This document shows positions 11,088 through 22,341 of a stretch of 64,000 bases of DNA, piece after piece. A program made the position numbers and the translations under genes. The stretch's first letter is position 1; the number at the start of each line of letters is the position of its first letter. Origin of the DNA: Vairimorpha necatrix. Taxonomy: Eukaryota. Below the pieces are notes generated by a model. That model worked only from the letters and a program-made list of their open reading frames with translations, had not been told where the DNA came from and made no database searches. The stretch is from contig CP142737.1 in assembly GCA_036630325.1 (NCBI GenBank), positions 248,001 to 312,000 of the forward strand, read 5' to 3'.

Positions 11088-13397
11088 TTAATTTATTATT
11101 TCATACACTCCTGTACTGTTTTTACAGATTATTTCTTCATTCTCCAAATCTCTTAAACATTCTTGCATCATCTTCTCATTACTCCTAGTCTCATTAATTA
11201 AGCCTAAAAAGTCATACTTCTTTTTCTTTAATAATTTGACCACACAGTCCCGTAAATCCGCCAATAATTTCTGTTTACTCGCACTGTGTCCTGAAATGAT
11301 CATGTCCATGTCTATTTTCCCTGTTATGGGGTCAATGGCGTACATAAGCAAAGATTCCTTGACGATTCTCAGTGCCTCGTGCACGTCAGCCGGCAAAATT
11401 ACTCGACTAAACCTCATTCTCGCATGCGCTTCGCTCAATCTTATCAAACTTTCTAATTGTCTCGTAGTCGCAGTGATTGTGTTTCCATTGTTTATTTGTC
11501 TCAATTCGCAGTAACTCTTACTCAAGACTTTTATACTTTCTTCTGTTAATTTCGGGTTTATTTTCTTCGCTTCTTGTATATAAGCCTTTAATAAGCTTAT
11601 ATCTATAGTCTTAATACTTTCTTCTCCAGAATACATGCCTATAATATGATTAGCAATTTGTCTGTCTCTTGATTCGTCATATTTGTCTATTAAAAGACAC
11701 ACCACATCAAATCTACTTAAAAGTGTAGGAGGTAAATTAATATTTTCAATAATACTCTTTTTTGGATTATATTTACTCTCTATAGGATTACAAGATGCTA
11801 AGATACTACATCTAGCATTCAGTGTAGTAATTATACCGGCTTTCGCTACAGATACAGTCTGTTGTTCCATGACTTCGTGTAAGACGCTTCTAGTGCTGTC
11901 AGACATTTTATCAAATTCGTCAATACAGCAAATCCCATTGTCAGACAAAACCAAGGCGCCTGATTCGAGGACAAATTGACCAGAGTCGGGGTCTCTAGAG
12001 ACAGAGGCAGTCAAGCCCACTGCACTAGTGCCTTTTCCACTTGTGTACATTCCCCGTTCAGAAATTCTATTAATAAAACTTAGTAATTGAGATTTAGAAA
12101 TACCAGGATCTCCTGCTAATAAAATGTTTATGTCTCCTCTAAGTCTAGAATTTCCTAATTCTTTTCTTACTCCTCCAAATAATTGTAGAAGTAGAGCTTT
12201 CTTTACAGATTCCATTCCACATACAGACGGGGCAATAGAAGAATATAAAATTTCATATAAATTTGGATCATTTTTCAATTTTTCAATATTTTCCAAGTTT
12301 ATATTTTCCAAGTTTATATTTTCTAAGTTTATATTTTCAGTTATATTAGTTTTAGAGTCAACCTTAAAATTTTTAAAATCTTCGTATTCTTTAAAATCTT
12401 CGTACTTTTTATCATCGCGCTTAGAATTCTGAAATTCAAAGGTATCATCTTGACCATTATCTTGGCCATCATCTAGACCATCATTTTGTTCTTTCTTCTT
12501 GGGTTGAGATATTTCATAAGTCATAAGTTCCAAATATGTCCTGAAAGTACTTTTAATTTTCTTCAAATGTGTGTTCAATCTAACAGGCACTGCTCTCAAT
12601 ACACCCACCACTTCTATTTTATCTCCAGGTATCAAACTATCTACCAATTCATCTCTACTAATAACAGTCAAAGTCAAAGGTGTCGTCCCATCAGGAATAT
12701 TTTCAGGAAGTTCTTGTATTTTCACTATTTGTTTGTCTTCATAAATTCCTCTATTATGTTTTATTTCATAAGTAAATTTACTCTCACATTTACAATAAAC
12801 TGGTTCATTAATTATTCCCTTTACACTTTCTACTTCTACTTCATCTTTACATTTTATACAAGTAAACAAAGCTTTACTCAATTCTGGTATGACATTTGAT
12901 GTTCTTAATACCATTCCGCTTACTTTGATTATTTTGTCAATATCTTTCGGGTCAATATTTCTAATATTGACCCGTTTTCCAATATTTTTACATCTAATTT
13001 TTAAAATATTAAAAGTGTTAGGAAAAGATTCAAGAAATATTTCTTGTAGACTGTTTTCTAAAATAGGAAGAGTTTCAAGAGGATAAAAATGGATTTGGTT
13101 TTTTAGATTTGAGTTTAAGAGACTGCAGTCTAAATTAAAAATATAATTTTTAGTCAAATTCATGTTTTCAAATATTAAGTGGAAATCGGGAATATTACGA
13201 ATATATTCTTTAAATTTTTCTGATGTTTCTTGGACATTTATAGATGTACCCCAGATTAGTTTTACTCGTTCTGTTTCTATTATAGGAGAATAAGCAGAAG
13301 ATGATAAATCTTCTTGAGATGGAGTTAAGTTCATTTGGGCGTCATTACTGGCGTCATGGAATGAGAAGACAGAAGATTGTTGAGAATTTGTGGTCAT
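11088..13397 (-). CDS. MCM4: DNA replication licensing factor MCM4
   Basis: LIWGT N-terminal motif, Zn finger, GDPGISKSQLL Walker A, CCIDEFDKM, LPPTLLSRFD, ITATTRQLESLIRLSEAHARM. Confidence 0.93.
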   Translation of the reverse strand: MTTNSQQSSVFSFHDASNDAQMNLTPSQEDLSSSAYSPIIETERVKLIWGTSINVQETSEKFKEYIRNIPDFHLIFENMNLTKNYIFNLDCSLLNSNLKNQIHFYPLETLPILENSLQEIFLESFPNTFNILKIRCKNIGKRVNIRNIDPKDIDKIIKVSGMVLRTSNVIPELSKALFTCIKCKDEVEVESVKGIINEPVYCKCESKFTYEIKHNRGIYEDKQIVKIQELPENIPDGTTPLTLTVISRDELVDSLIPGDKIEVVGVLRAVPVRLNTHLKKIKSTFRTYLELMTYEISQPKKKEQNDGLDDGQDNGQDDTFEFQNSKRDDKKYEDFKEYEDFKNFKVDSKTNITENINLENINLENINLENIEKLKNDPNLYEILYSSIAPSVCGMESVKKALLLQLFGGVRKELGNSRLRGDINILLAGDPGISKSQLLSFINRISERGMYTSGKGTSAVGLTASVSRDPDSGQFVLESGALVLSDNGICCIDEFDKMSDSTRSVLHEVMEQQTVSVAKAGIITTLNARCSILASCNPIESKYNPKKSIIENINLPPTLLSRFDVVCLLIDKYDESRDRQIANHIIGMYSGEESIKTIDISLLKAYIQEAKKINPKLTEESIKVLSKSYCELRQINNGNTITATTRQLESLIRLSEAHARMRFSRVILPADVHEALRIVKESLLMYAIDPITGKIDMDMIISGHSASKQKLLADLRDCVVKLLKKKKYDFLGLINETRSNEKMMQECLRDLENEEIICKNSTGVYEIIN
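12286..12338. repeat. 15-bp coding tandem repeat (ENINL x3.5) in the MCM4 linker
   Basis: ATATTTTC(C/T)AAGTTT x3 plus a partial unit. Confidence 0.9.
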
Positions 13398-13658
13398 TGT
13401 TTTGGGGTGGAGAAAAATTAAATTTTATGAATTTATAAATTTGATTTTGAATTTTTTGTATTTGTATTTGTTTTTAAATTTGTATTTTATTTTTTGTATT
13501 TGCTGCTTAATTTTAAATTTGTTTTTATTTTTTGTATTTGCTGACTGATTTTTCCTTCTGTGGATCTCCCATGTAATGTTCCTTTTAATTTTTATTCCTA
13601 AATAAAATGCCTTTCAAATAAAATGTCTTTCATAAAATGTCGTCCTTTTTTTGCCCCC

Positions 13659-14195
13659 ATGCTTGATAAGTTAAAAATCAAATATTCAAGGAGGCCTCTA
13701 AAAGGCGACATTTACAATCTCAGAAATCTCAAACTTGTCACTGACGAGATCTTGCTTGATTTTATGCAGTCAGTTTTAAAATGTAAACTCAATAATCTCT
13801 ACACTGATTTCACTCTCGCAGTAGGTATTACAAGTACAATCCTGGCAGCATTCTTGGCTTATTTCTCTACTCACTACGAGTTTGAGGAGTATAAGACTTA
13901 TTTGATATTCAGTCTTATTTTTTACTGTGGGTTTAATTCTGTTGTTTATATTTGTGATTTATTAAGGACTACTACTTTCAAGTTTACACTAGTAAAAGAA
14001 AATGAAAAAGTAGAAATGCGTGTTTGTACTGATATTTCTCCCCCTAATCCTGTGTACACTATTTTAGTGTATAAGAATGATAAACTTATACCAGAGAAAT
14101 GGAGTAAAAGTGTGTTTGATTTGTTTAACAAAGACGGGGTACTACAAGCAGACGAGTTTTTAGACCAAGTGAATGAATTTTTCAATAAAAAGTGA
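13659..14195 (+). CDS. SPC2: Signal peptidase complex subunit 2 (SPC2/SPCS2)-like
   Basis: Two transmembrane helices separated by HYEFEEYK; N-terminal YNLRNLKLVTDE; C-terminal SKSVFDLFNKDGVL resembles SPCS2. ATG at 13659 follows GCCCCC. Confidence 0.65.
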   Translation: MLDKLKIKYSRRPLKGDIYNLRNLKLVTDEILLDFMQSVLKCKLNNLYTDFTLAVGITSTILAAFLAYFSTHYEFEEYKTYLIFSLIFYCGFNSVVYICDLLRTTTFKFTLVKENEKVEMRVCTDISPPNPVYTILVYKNDKLIPEKWSKSVFDLFNKDGVLQADEFLDQVNEFFNKK

Positions 14196-14461
14196 TTTTT
14201 TAATTATAAATTATATTTTATATTTATAATCTAGATATATATCTTATATATATACTTTATAATCTAAATATATATATTATTTTATAATATTCTTACTTAT
14301 ATTATATCTTATTTACTTATATTATATCTTAGTTACTTATAATATAGCTCATTTATATTATATCTCATCTAATTGTAGTCTTACTTGATAACCCCATGTT
14401 CTTCATCTTATTATTATGATGTTTCATATTTCTTATTTATTTCTCTCTCTCTGTTTTTCTT

Positions 14462-15052
14462 ATGTATAATCCTTCTTACTTTAATCTTCCTTCTTTCTCT
14501 TCATTCAGAGTCTTAAATATCCCAGTCTCTTGTGATGATTTCTACGCTACTAGTAAATATATCTTAATATTGGTAAATAATACCATAAAGATATACTCCC
14601 ACTCAGAGTGCTCTAATATAAGACTATATAAAGTAATAAGACACAATCTTCTTCTATTTATAAATAAGAAGTGTATGATGAATATTCTCTATAAGATATT
14701 ACTCAGTAATATGAAGAATATAGAAGATATCATCTTATATCTGAAAGTAGACGAGATAAGGAAAGTAGTGGAAATGGAGCACGGGTTTCTAGTGACATAT
14801 AAAAACAGAGAGAAAATCTTCTATGACTGTAATCTGGAGATACAAGAGAAGACAAATAGTAAGCCAGTGGATATCCTGAAAATTAATACAATAATAAAGA
14901 ACAAGGACAAAATCATACAAATAAAAAGGGATGAGATCATCATAGGGGAGAAGACAGTGGAGTGTAAGAAGATACTTAAATTAGTAGGAGAAGGGAACTA
15001 TATCTTCATAAGAAACAAGGACATAATCAAGGCACTAATATTTACACAATAA
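14462..15052 (+). CDS. Hypothetical protein (beta-rich)
   Basis: 196-aa ORF with no recognised motif; true start uncertain. Confidence 0.55.
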   Translation: MYNPSYFNLPSFSSFRVLNIPVSCDDFYATSKYILILVNNTIKIYSHSECSNIRLYKVIRHNLLLFINKKCMMNILYKILLSNMKNIEDIILYLKVDEIRKVVEMEHGFLVTYKNREKIFYDCNLEIQEKTNSKPVDILKINTIIKNKDKIIQIKRDEIIIGEKTVECKKILKLVGEGNYIFIRNKDIIKALIFTQ

Positions 15053-15290
15053 AAATACAATATTCTAGTATTAGTTGTATTGTGAATTTGTTTGTTTATA
15101 AATAAACTTATATTACATCTAATATATCTTATAAATTTATGAAATCTTATCTTATATCTTATAATAGTATTTGATCATTATATTATTTTATATCTTATCT
15201 ATTATTTTTGATCTATATGTTATTTGCTCTATATACCTATCTTAATATTAATATCGACCATCCATTATATTTATATTATATCTTTATGGA

Positions 15291-18200
15291 TTATATAAAA
15301 CTAAGCCACCCTATGTACATTTGACATAAGTTGCTCTGATCCATGGCTTCCTCATTCAAATCTTCTATCTTACTCAATACATCTCCATTCTCTATCTTAT
15401 TACTCAATCCATCTACTATCTTCTTCCCTGTACTCTCTTTCTTATTCCATTCATGTAGTGGATCATACACAAATGATAATAAATTAGTCAATATTATACT
15501 TCTATTACTCTGTAATAAATCTAAAGTTCTTACACAAGCACTAGTGTAAGTGCCGTGTACTCCAAGTGCCCCGAATCCATCTAAAATATTCTGAGTCAGC
15601 CTAAAAGGCACTAACTCGGGAATACTACAAGACTTCCCTTTATCAAATATACAATTAAGATCTACATGGACCATATCAAAAGTACTACGATCTAATAAAA
15701 TATTCTCTGTGTGTCTATCTCCTAATCCCATAAACCATCCTACTATATTTATAACCCCACATGTCTTAATATAATTATCTCTAATTCTATACCACTGGTA
15801 AGGATCTGAAACATTAAGCCTGAGAAATTTATCCATAAAAGGCTTAAAAGAAGCCACTACAGATGAAAAATCTTTCATTCCTATCTTCTTCTTAGTGGAA
15901 TATTTCCTGGCTACTAGATTTATATTATCGTAATATTGTGTGGCAATGGTCTTTAAAGATACTAAATTGTCAATATATTCTATCAAGCCGAAATTATAAA
16001 AACAGGGTATTACTTCATAAGTCCTTATATAATATTTAGTACTATCTTCATACAACTTATTAATCAATCTACATACTTCTATAAATCTACTATCTTTCCT
16101 TAAATCATCTTTATATTTACATAAATAATAATATTTCTTACCATCATCCCCTAAAAAACATATTCTTTTTGGTGCCTGAAGAGACCTGTAAATTAAGACG
16201 TCATTTTCTATGTCCTTAATAATAACAGGGTATTTATTCGGGACATGCAATCCGAGACAATTTAAAATATCAGGGAAATCCTTCTTGAGATTTTTAATAT
16301 CTTTAGATTTAGAAATGTCATATAAAACATCCCGCATCTTCTTGATCTTATTTAGATAAATCTTTTTTTCTATATCTAATTTGTCTGTATTAATCTCGTC
16401 TATGAAATATAAAGCAGACCAGTAAACTTCTTTATAAATATTCATTAAGGAAATTACTACGTCATTTATGAAAATCTTCATAGACTTATTATTTATCTTA
16501 CACAAAATCTGACTGAAAAATGGTACGAGTAAAGACATAAGACAAGGCTGATCGAGAAGTCGACTTACAGACTTAAAAGATTTAGTAAGAAACTTCTTCT
16601 CATTCGTAGTACTTAAAATATGGAATATTCTGGGTATGCATTCGTATTTATATTCACCGTCTATGAGAAGGGAATTCATAAGATAATCAATATTGTCAGT
16701 CAATTTTCCATATAAAAACCAGACCCTGGAATTATTCTTAATATTGGAAATATTCCTAGAAAACATTTCCTTGGAATTTACTAATTCTAAATATTTGATC
16801 AAGGCTTTATCATAAACAGGATCATCTTTAGTAAAAATTCCGAGAATCTTCTTAAAACTCTCTTTGGATTTGGACTTATTTCCCATAAGAAAATATATTT
16901 CACCTAATTCGAAATAAAATGACCACTCTTTTCTTTCAAATAAAGAATAAATTATTTCTATGGCCTTTTCATATTTCTTATCATTTATGTATTGAGAAAT
17001 GTGATCTCTTTTTATTTCCACGTAGAATTCATTTAAAACCTCTAAATTAATTTTAACTAAATTGTTTTCGATTTTGTTTTCAACTTTCTCTAGGCTGTCT
17101 TCAATCAGGTCAAAATTGATTTTATCTCCGGGCTTATTATATTTATATTCTAAACTTTTATATAATAATTCATGTAATCTAATAAGTCTATAATCCTTTG
17201 ATAATTGCCTTCTCTTTGTAACAATCTCGAGATTTTTGATATCTTCTTCTACTATCTTACAATCCATACTAAAATGTCTTGATACATTATCATCAATATT
17301 TATATTCTTCCATTCACCGAGATCTTCTTCAATAACTTTAAACTGCTCTAAAATCTCATGCTCATTATTCTCCTTCTCTTTGTCAATTCTAAACTCATAA
17401 AATAAATTAGTTTTACTGGGTCTAATAAACATACTACTTATTCCTTGTACTCGATCATAATCCTTAATTTTATAGTATGTCTCTTGTAATAAATCAAAAT
17501 TCGACTCATTTTTATCTGCTAGTAATTTCTGCTCTACTAAATAAATCGTATAATAAAAATCATCAACAACTTTACAAACTTCTATTAGTAAATCATCATC
17601 AATATCCAATTTAAAGACGAAATTTACTTCTAAAATGAATCTAAGAATCTTATGATTAATTTTGTCTAGGATAATTTTAGTAAACAAATTCTTAATCAAG
17701 TCTTTGTTCATATGAGCCAACATATTGTAAGTTGTAAATTCTAAGATTTTGGTACTGAATAATTCAGTATATTTAAATATATCTGGTATATTACATATTG
17801 TATCTTCTTGGTTCGTCAGATGATAAACAAGATAATCGTTTAGTAATTCTAAAAATGTTCTATATTTCTTAGTATTTAAAATGACTAAATCATCAACAGG
17901 CTTAAGTTCTTTTTTACTTACAACATTATTAAACAATGAATCCATGGCTTCACTGTACAATTCATAGTTTGTAATTCGCAAATTATCGATACAAATCTCT
18001 TTGAAATAATCTAGTGGATTACTACAAATCTTGATTTTATTTGGAGATTTCATTTTTTCTTCTATTTTTATATATCCAATTATGTCTAAAATTGAATTAG
18101 GCAAATCATTATAAATCCTCTGGATCGTCAACTTGAAATCTTGATCATTTTCAAATTTCTCTATAAATCTTTTTATCAATTCTACTTCATTTTCTGGATA

Positions 18201-19652
18201 CTTTAAAAGTTCTTTAAAATTTGTAAATGCATTTTTATTGCATTTTTCTAACATGCTGTTCTTTCTATTAAGTTTTAATTCTTCACATTCTTCTTTACAA
18301 ATTATACAACCTATAGCTTTGAAATATTTCCATACATTTTCACTAATCTTAATATCCAATGCAAGTACCATATATTTCAAAATTTCGAATATGCAGACCT
18401 TACAATTCTTATTAATATATTCATGTCTAATGATATTTAAAATATTATTAATATCAAATCGTATCAATTGTTTATATTTTTTAAGATCAAAATGGCCATA
18501 TAAAAGGCATAATGAAATTTCTTTATACCCAATACTACCATCAAAATTATTTTCATGGCCTTTTATATTCTCTTTATCTTTTAAAATGTAATGTACTTTG
18601 ATATAATGATCATATTTGTCTATTCTAATATTATACTTGAAATATAATAAAGGATAGATAATGTGGATATACGATTTATAATTAAATTCCATAAACTCAT
18701 TTAAATTAGCAAAATAATCATCTAAATCCGAAGTTGGAACATTCTGAGCCAAATAAAACTCAATAATCATATCAATAATATCTGAGAAATCTGTTCTAAG
18801 AATAATATTTAAAATTCTATCTTTTATATATTTGCTGGAATATTTTACATATGTAAGATAAAGATAAGCAAAATACGCGAAATTAAGTTTCCTAGTTGCT
18901 TTTATATTTTGATAAATTAAGATAACTTTACCAAACGAATAAATGTCTTTAGTTACTAAAGTCTTAATAAAACTTATTAGACATTCTTCATCCTTAGGAT
19001 TATTTGCAAAATCAAACTTCTCTAATTCTTTATAAAAATGATCTTCAGGATTGTGATTTATAGATATCAAAATTTCCTTCAAATTTTTTTCATTATTTAT
19101 GCAGAATGTTTCCTTATTTATACTTTTTTCGTTTATGCAAACTTGGAGTTTGTTTGCATGACAAACAAACTCCTCATCACTGGCATTATATTCGTAAATG
19201 AATAACAAAAATTCAGTATAAATAGTACATTCCACCGTACTCAATTCTCTAACTTCATAAAATTTGTCCAATTTATGATTATTACTAAATTTCTTATACA
19301 AAACATAATTATAAAATGATTCATTTCTTACTAAAACTGGTTTTTTTATAATTTCTATAATTTGATTAAATTTTATATAAATATTATAATTAATTGGTAT
19401 ATTAAGAAGTTTCTGGTAATTAGATTTACAAAAGACTTGTTCAAAATAAATATTAGTTTTCAAATTTTTTAAACATAATAATAAAAATTTGTCAATACTA
19501 AGTAGATCTCTGTCGTCTAGAAGATATTCTAATGTTGTGTTTAATAAATCTGTTGATACGACTTGGTTTAAACTCTCTGTTAAAATTTCTAAATAATTTG
19601 AAGGATTTATTTTCGATTTGTAAAGATTTATCTTATGAACAGAATCAAACAT
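15291..19652 (-). CDS. ATR: PIKK kinase ATR/Mec1-like
   Basis: SLQAPKRI, KDDLRKDSR, GLGDRHTENIL, HVDLNCIFDKG, PELVPFRLTQN, and FATC end NLCQMYIGWLSFI. Confidence 0.88.
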   Translation of the reverse strand: MFDSVHKINLYKSKINPSNYLEILTESLNQVVSTDLLNTTLEYLLDDRDLLSIDKFLLLCLKNLKTNIYFEQVFCKSNYQKLLNIPINYNIYIKFNQIIEIIKKPVLVRNESFYNYVLYKKFSNNHKLDKFYEVRELSTVECTIYTEFLLFIYEYNASDEEFVCHANKLQVCINEKSINKETFCINNEKNLKEILISINHNPEDHFYKELEKFDFANNPKDEECLISFIKTLVTKDIYSFGKVILIYQNIKATRKLNFAYFAYLYLTYVKYSSKYIKDRILNIILRTDFSDIIDMIIEFYLAQNVPTSDLDDYFANLNEFMEFNYKSYIHIIYPLLYFKYNIRIDKYDHYIKVHYILKDKENIKGHENNFDGSIGYKEISLCLLYGHFDLKKYKQLIRFDINNILNIIRHEYINKNCKVCIFEILKYMVLALDIKISENVWKYFKAIGCIICKEECEELKLNRKNSMLEKCNKNAFTNFKELLKYPENEVELIKRFIEKFENDQDFKLTIQRIYNDLPNSILDIIGYIKIEEKMKSPNKIKICSNPLDYFKEICIDNLRITNYELYSEAMDSLFNNVVSKKELKPVDDLVILNTKKYRTFLELLNDYLVYHLTNQEDTICNIPDIFKYTELFSTKILEFTTYNMLAHMNKDLIKNLFTKIILDKINHKILRFILEVNFVFKLDIDDDLLIEVCKVVDDFYYTIYLVEQKLLADKNESNFDLLQETYYKIKDYDRVQGISSMFIRPSKTNLFYEFRIDKEKENNEHEILEQFKVIEEDLGEWKNINIDDNVSRHFSMDCKIVEEDIKNLEIVTKRRQLSKDYRLIRLHELLYKSLEYKYNKPGDKINFDLIEDSLEKVENKIENNLVKINLEVLNEFYVEIKRDHISQYINDKKYEKAIEIIYSLFERKEWSFYFELGEIYFLMGNKSKSKESFKKILGIFTKDDPVYDKALIKYLELVNSKEMFSRNISNIKNNSRVWFLYGKLTDNIDYLMNSLLIDGEYKYECIPRIFHILSTTNEKKFLTKSFKSVSRLLDQPCLMSLLVPFFSQILCKINNKSMKIFINDVVISLMNIYKEVYWSALYFIDEINTDKLDIEKKIYLNKIKKMRDVLYDISKSKDIKNLKKDFPDILNCLGLHVPNKYPVIIKDIENDVLIYRSLQAPKRICFLGDDGKKYYYLCKYKDDLRKDSRFIEVCRLINKLYEDSTKYYIRTYEVIPCFYNFGLIEYIDNLVSLKTIATQYYDNINLVARKYSTKKKIGMKDFSSVVASFKPFMDKFLRLNVSDPYQWYRIRDNYIKTCGVINIVGWFMGLGDRHTENILLDRSTFDMVHVDLNCIFDKGKSCSIPELVPFRLTQNILDGFGALGVHGTYTSACVRTLDLLQSNRSIILTNLLSFVYDPLHEWNKKESTGKKIVDGLSNKIENGDVLSKIEDLNEEAMDQSNLCQMYIGWLSFI

Positions 19653-19997
19653 GGCTAAAAAATTTTGATAAATTTTATTTAAGAAAAAAAAGCGAAAAAC
19701 TAAGGGCTAATATTTTGAACAATTTTGAATTTTTAAAATAAGTATTTTTAAGTGGCTATTATTAAAATTTTCTTTTTTTTTGTTTATAATTTTTGATATA
19801 TCAGACAGAAGTGTCAAATATTTCGTTGTTAATTTGTTAGTAAACACTTTACAGTGCGAAATTTGAAAACATTTAATTTTTAGCTTTAGATCACTAATTA
19901 CTTGCCGAAATAAAGTAAATATTACAAATTAATGTTTTAAATAACAAACATATTAAAAAAAAATATCATCCTAAGAAATTTAATTTGCCCCTTTATA

Positions 19998-21794
19998 ATG
20001 AACTGGAGCTTAGAACGCTTACATCTTTCGCAAAACAAGCCACTTTTAAATAGAAACTCACAATTAAAAAAAAAGATGAATTTAGTAAAGAAAGTGAAAA
20101 ATCTCAATTCCGAAAACATGGAAATATTATTTAATGAACTTTACGAAGAAAATATGGAACAATTTTATTCCGAGATTGTCAATTCTTTATTAAATATTAA
20201 AATATCATCAATAGAAGATATTAAAAATGTCATTAGAATCATTTCTATATATTCAAAAGATAATAAATTTATCAATAATTTGTATTTGAATTTAAATTAT
20301 AAAATTAATTATTGGCACAAAATAGTGTTCATCGAGTCACATTTATTGAATAATGACAGTTATAAACCAAATAAAGATGTAATGAATTTGTTTTTAGATC
20401 AAAATATTATTCATAAAATTTTTTATATTGAATATATTATGTGTTTTCACGAAGATAAAAAATTATTAGAGCTAGCAAATATAGAAAAAAAGAAAATCGG
20501 GATGATAGATTTGGAATTAATTAAAGAAAAAGAGGTAGAACGTATTATTAATGCCTGCCGAGTAATAGATTTACCATATGATGAACATAAAGAAGACACG
20601 AATTTTAAACAAGTCATAGAAGCACAAAAAAACGAATTTGATTTTTACACTAGCAGATGTTCGGGCGACGAATCTGTTTCTGTGCCTAAAAATGCTAAAG
20701 AAATCGTCGAATTTCTAAAAAATAATTCAAATGATATTGCTAAAATAGACGAAACTTCCAAATTTCTCCGTAAAAGTGAAAATGTAAAAATGATAAGTGT
20801 CGTATACAACAAATTAAGACATAACCTGTGTTATTTGCCAATGTTAGCAAGAATTATAAAAAACTGTGGTATGATATGTAAAAAAAGTATCAATAAAATT
20901 TTAGAAGAAATGATAGAAAATCGAATTAATAATAGAAATGATCAAATCAATGGAATTTATTTAATTACAGAATTAGTAAAATTCAGATATATTAATCCAA
21001 ATGAATGTTTCAATTTATTAGAACATTTTTTTAGACAAAAAGATATCGAAATTTGTTGTCTGATACTAAAAAATGTAAGTCGATTTTATTTGATCGACGA
21101 ACAACTTAATAGTCGAACTCGGGATTTTTTAGATAAAATTTTATCATACGGAAATAAATGCTCAAATATAGAATGTATCTTTATAAACGACATGATTACT
21201 AAAGTATTCCCTAAAAATGAAACTAACAATCTAATGAATTTAGATGGATTTTTGTCAGATCATTTTCAAAAAGACATTTTCAAATTTAATGGGGAGTTAT
21301 ATGAAATATTAAAAAAAAACAAAAAATTTGTCTTTTCCTTGTTATGTACTCCCTGGAAATTCAAAGATATGGATTTTTTGATTTTTTTATCTCAAAATTT
21401 TTTACTTGATAAAATTATTATTGATTTTTTTATATTTATTATTAATTTGATTGGGGAAACTTATAAGCTTAAAGCTATTTATTATACAAAAGTAGTAAGT
21501 GGATTATTAAGATGTATTGATTATACGGAACAAGAAAATTTCATAAATAAGTTTTATCAAATGAATATAAAAAAAGAAGTAAAGGTTAGAATAATAATTT
21601 CTCTGATATCTGGAATGGGTTATTGTGTAAAAACTCGGCACATTCCGTTTCTTAAGCAGATTTGTTCTCAACTTAGATCTGTTGAAATACAAAATCTTTT
21701 GTTTAATCTTTGTGAGAGCATAGGTGTTAAATATGAAGTAAGTGTAGATGAAGACAGTCTCGATGAAGAAATAAGACTCATGGAAAGGTTATAG
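19998..21794 (+). CDS. UPF2: Nonsense-mediated decay factor UPF2/NMD2-like (MIF4G)
   Basis: N-terminal NSQLKKKMNLVKKVK resembles UPF2 DSSLKKNTAFVKK; MIF4G-like YLPMLARII, ITELVKFR, DIEICCLILKNVSRF, PWKFK. GCCCC upstream. Confidence 0.7.
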   Translation: MNWSLERLHLSQNKPLLNRNSQLKKKMNLVKKVKNLNSENMEILFNELYEENMEQFYSEIVNSLLNIKISSIEDIKNVIRIISIYSKDNKFINNLYLNLNYKINYWHKIVFIESHLLNNDSYKPNKDVMNLFLDQNIIHKIFYIEYIMCFHEDKKLLELANIEKKKIGMIDLELIKEKEVERIINACRVIDLPYDEHKEDTNFKQVIEAQKNEFDFYTSRCSGDESVSVPKNAKEIVEFLKNNSNDIAKIDETSKFLRKSENVKMISVVYNKLRHNLCYLPMLARIIKNCGMICKKSINKILEEMIENRINNRNDQINGIYLITELVKFRYINPNECFNLLEHFFRQKDIEICCLILKNVSRFYLIDEQLNSRTRDFLDKILSYGNKCSNIECIFINDMITKVFPKNETNNLMNLDGFLSDHFQKDIFKFNGELYEILKKNKKFVFSLLCTPWKFKDMDFLIFLSQNFLLDKIIIDFFIFIINLIGETYKLKAIYYTKVVSGLLRCIDYTEQENFINKFYQMNIKKEVKVRIIISLISGMGYCVKTRHIPFLKQICSQLRSVEIQNLLFNLCESIGVKYEVSVDEDSLDEEIRLMERL

Positions 21795-22341
21795 AATTCT
21801 GAATTTAATAAACCGTGTTCGAGTAATTTAGTCTTTAATTAATAACGGAATTTAGGATACTTTAATTTCGATTTGTTTAAAGAACTTAAATTGAATTATC
21901 TTGGATTTATTTTTTTTTTAATATGTTTTGTTTAATTTAATAAACAAAATTAGAAGACACGTCATAACGGTATACAAAAAATAATAATTCTGACTTAAAA
22001 AAATATAGAAGTTTTTAGTCTTTTATTTCAATGATTTAACAATTTAATAAAATAAAATTTTTAAATAATCAAATTAGTTTTACATTTGAAAGTATTCTTT
22101 AAACAGTATTACTGCAAAGAAATCATATTTGACTTGTCTCATTGGTATTTAATTTATTACCGAAAAAAAATTATATGCTATTCTTAAAGAGTTTTATTTA
22201 TTATTGAAAAAAAATTAATTATTTTGTTCACGTGATAACAAATAGAATAAATACCACGTTTATCTTAAAACAACAAATTAATCACTGTTATCTGTGTTTA
22301 TTAAAATTTTAAGATATAAAATTTTTTTTCTGCCCCAAAAT

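Noticed and set aside
11236-13086. Plus-strand ORFs overlapping MCM4 (and similar shadow ORFs in ATR, Hsp90, pol, helicase and ERB1)
   Set aside because: Antisense shadows of real genes with F/L/S/I-biased composition.
14396-14461. Upstream CCCC-ATG start with in-frame TGA (readthrough or recoding)
   Set aside because: Low-complexity pyrimidine tract; an indel error or chance is more likely, and there is no supporting signal.
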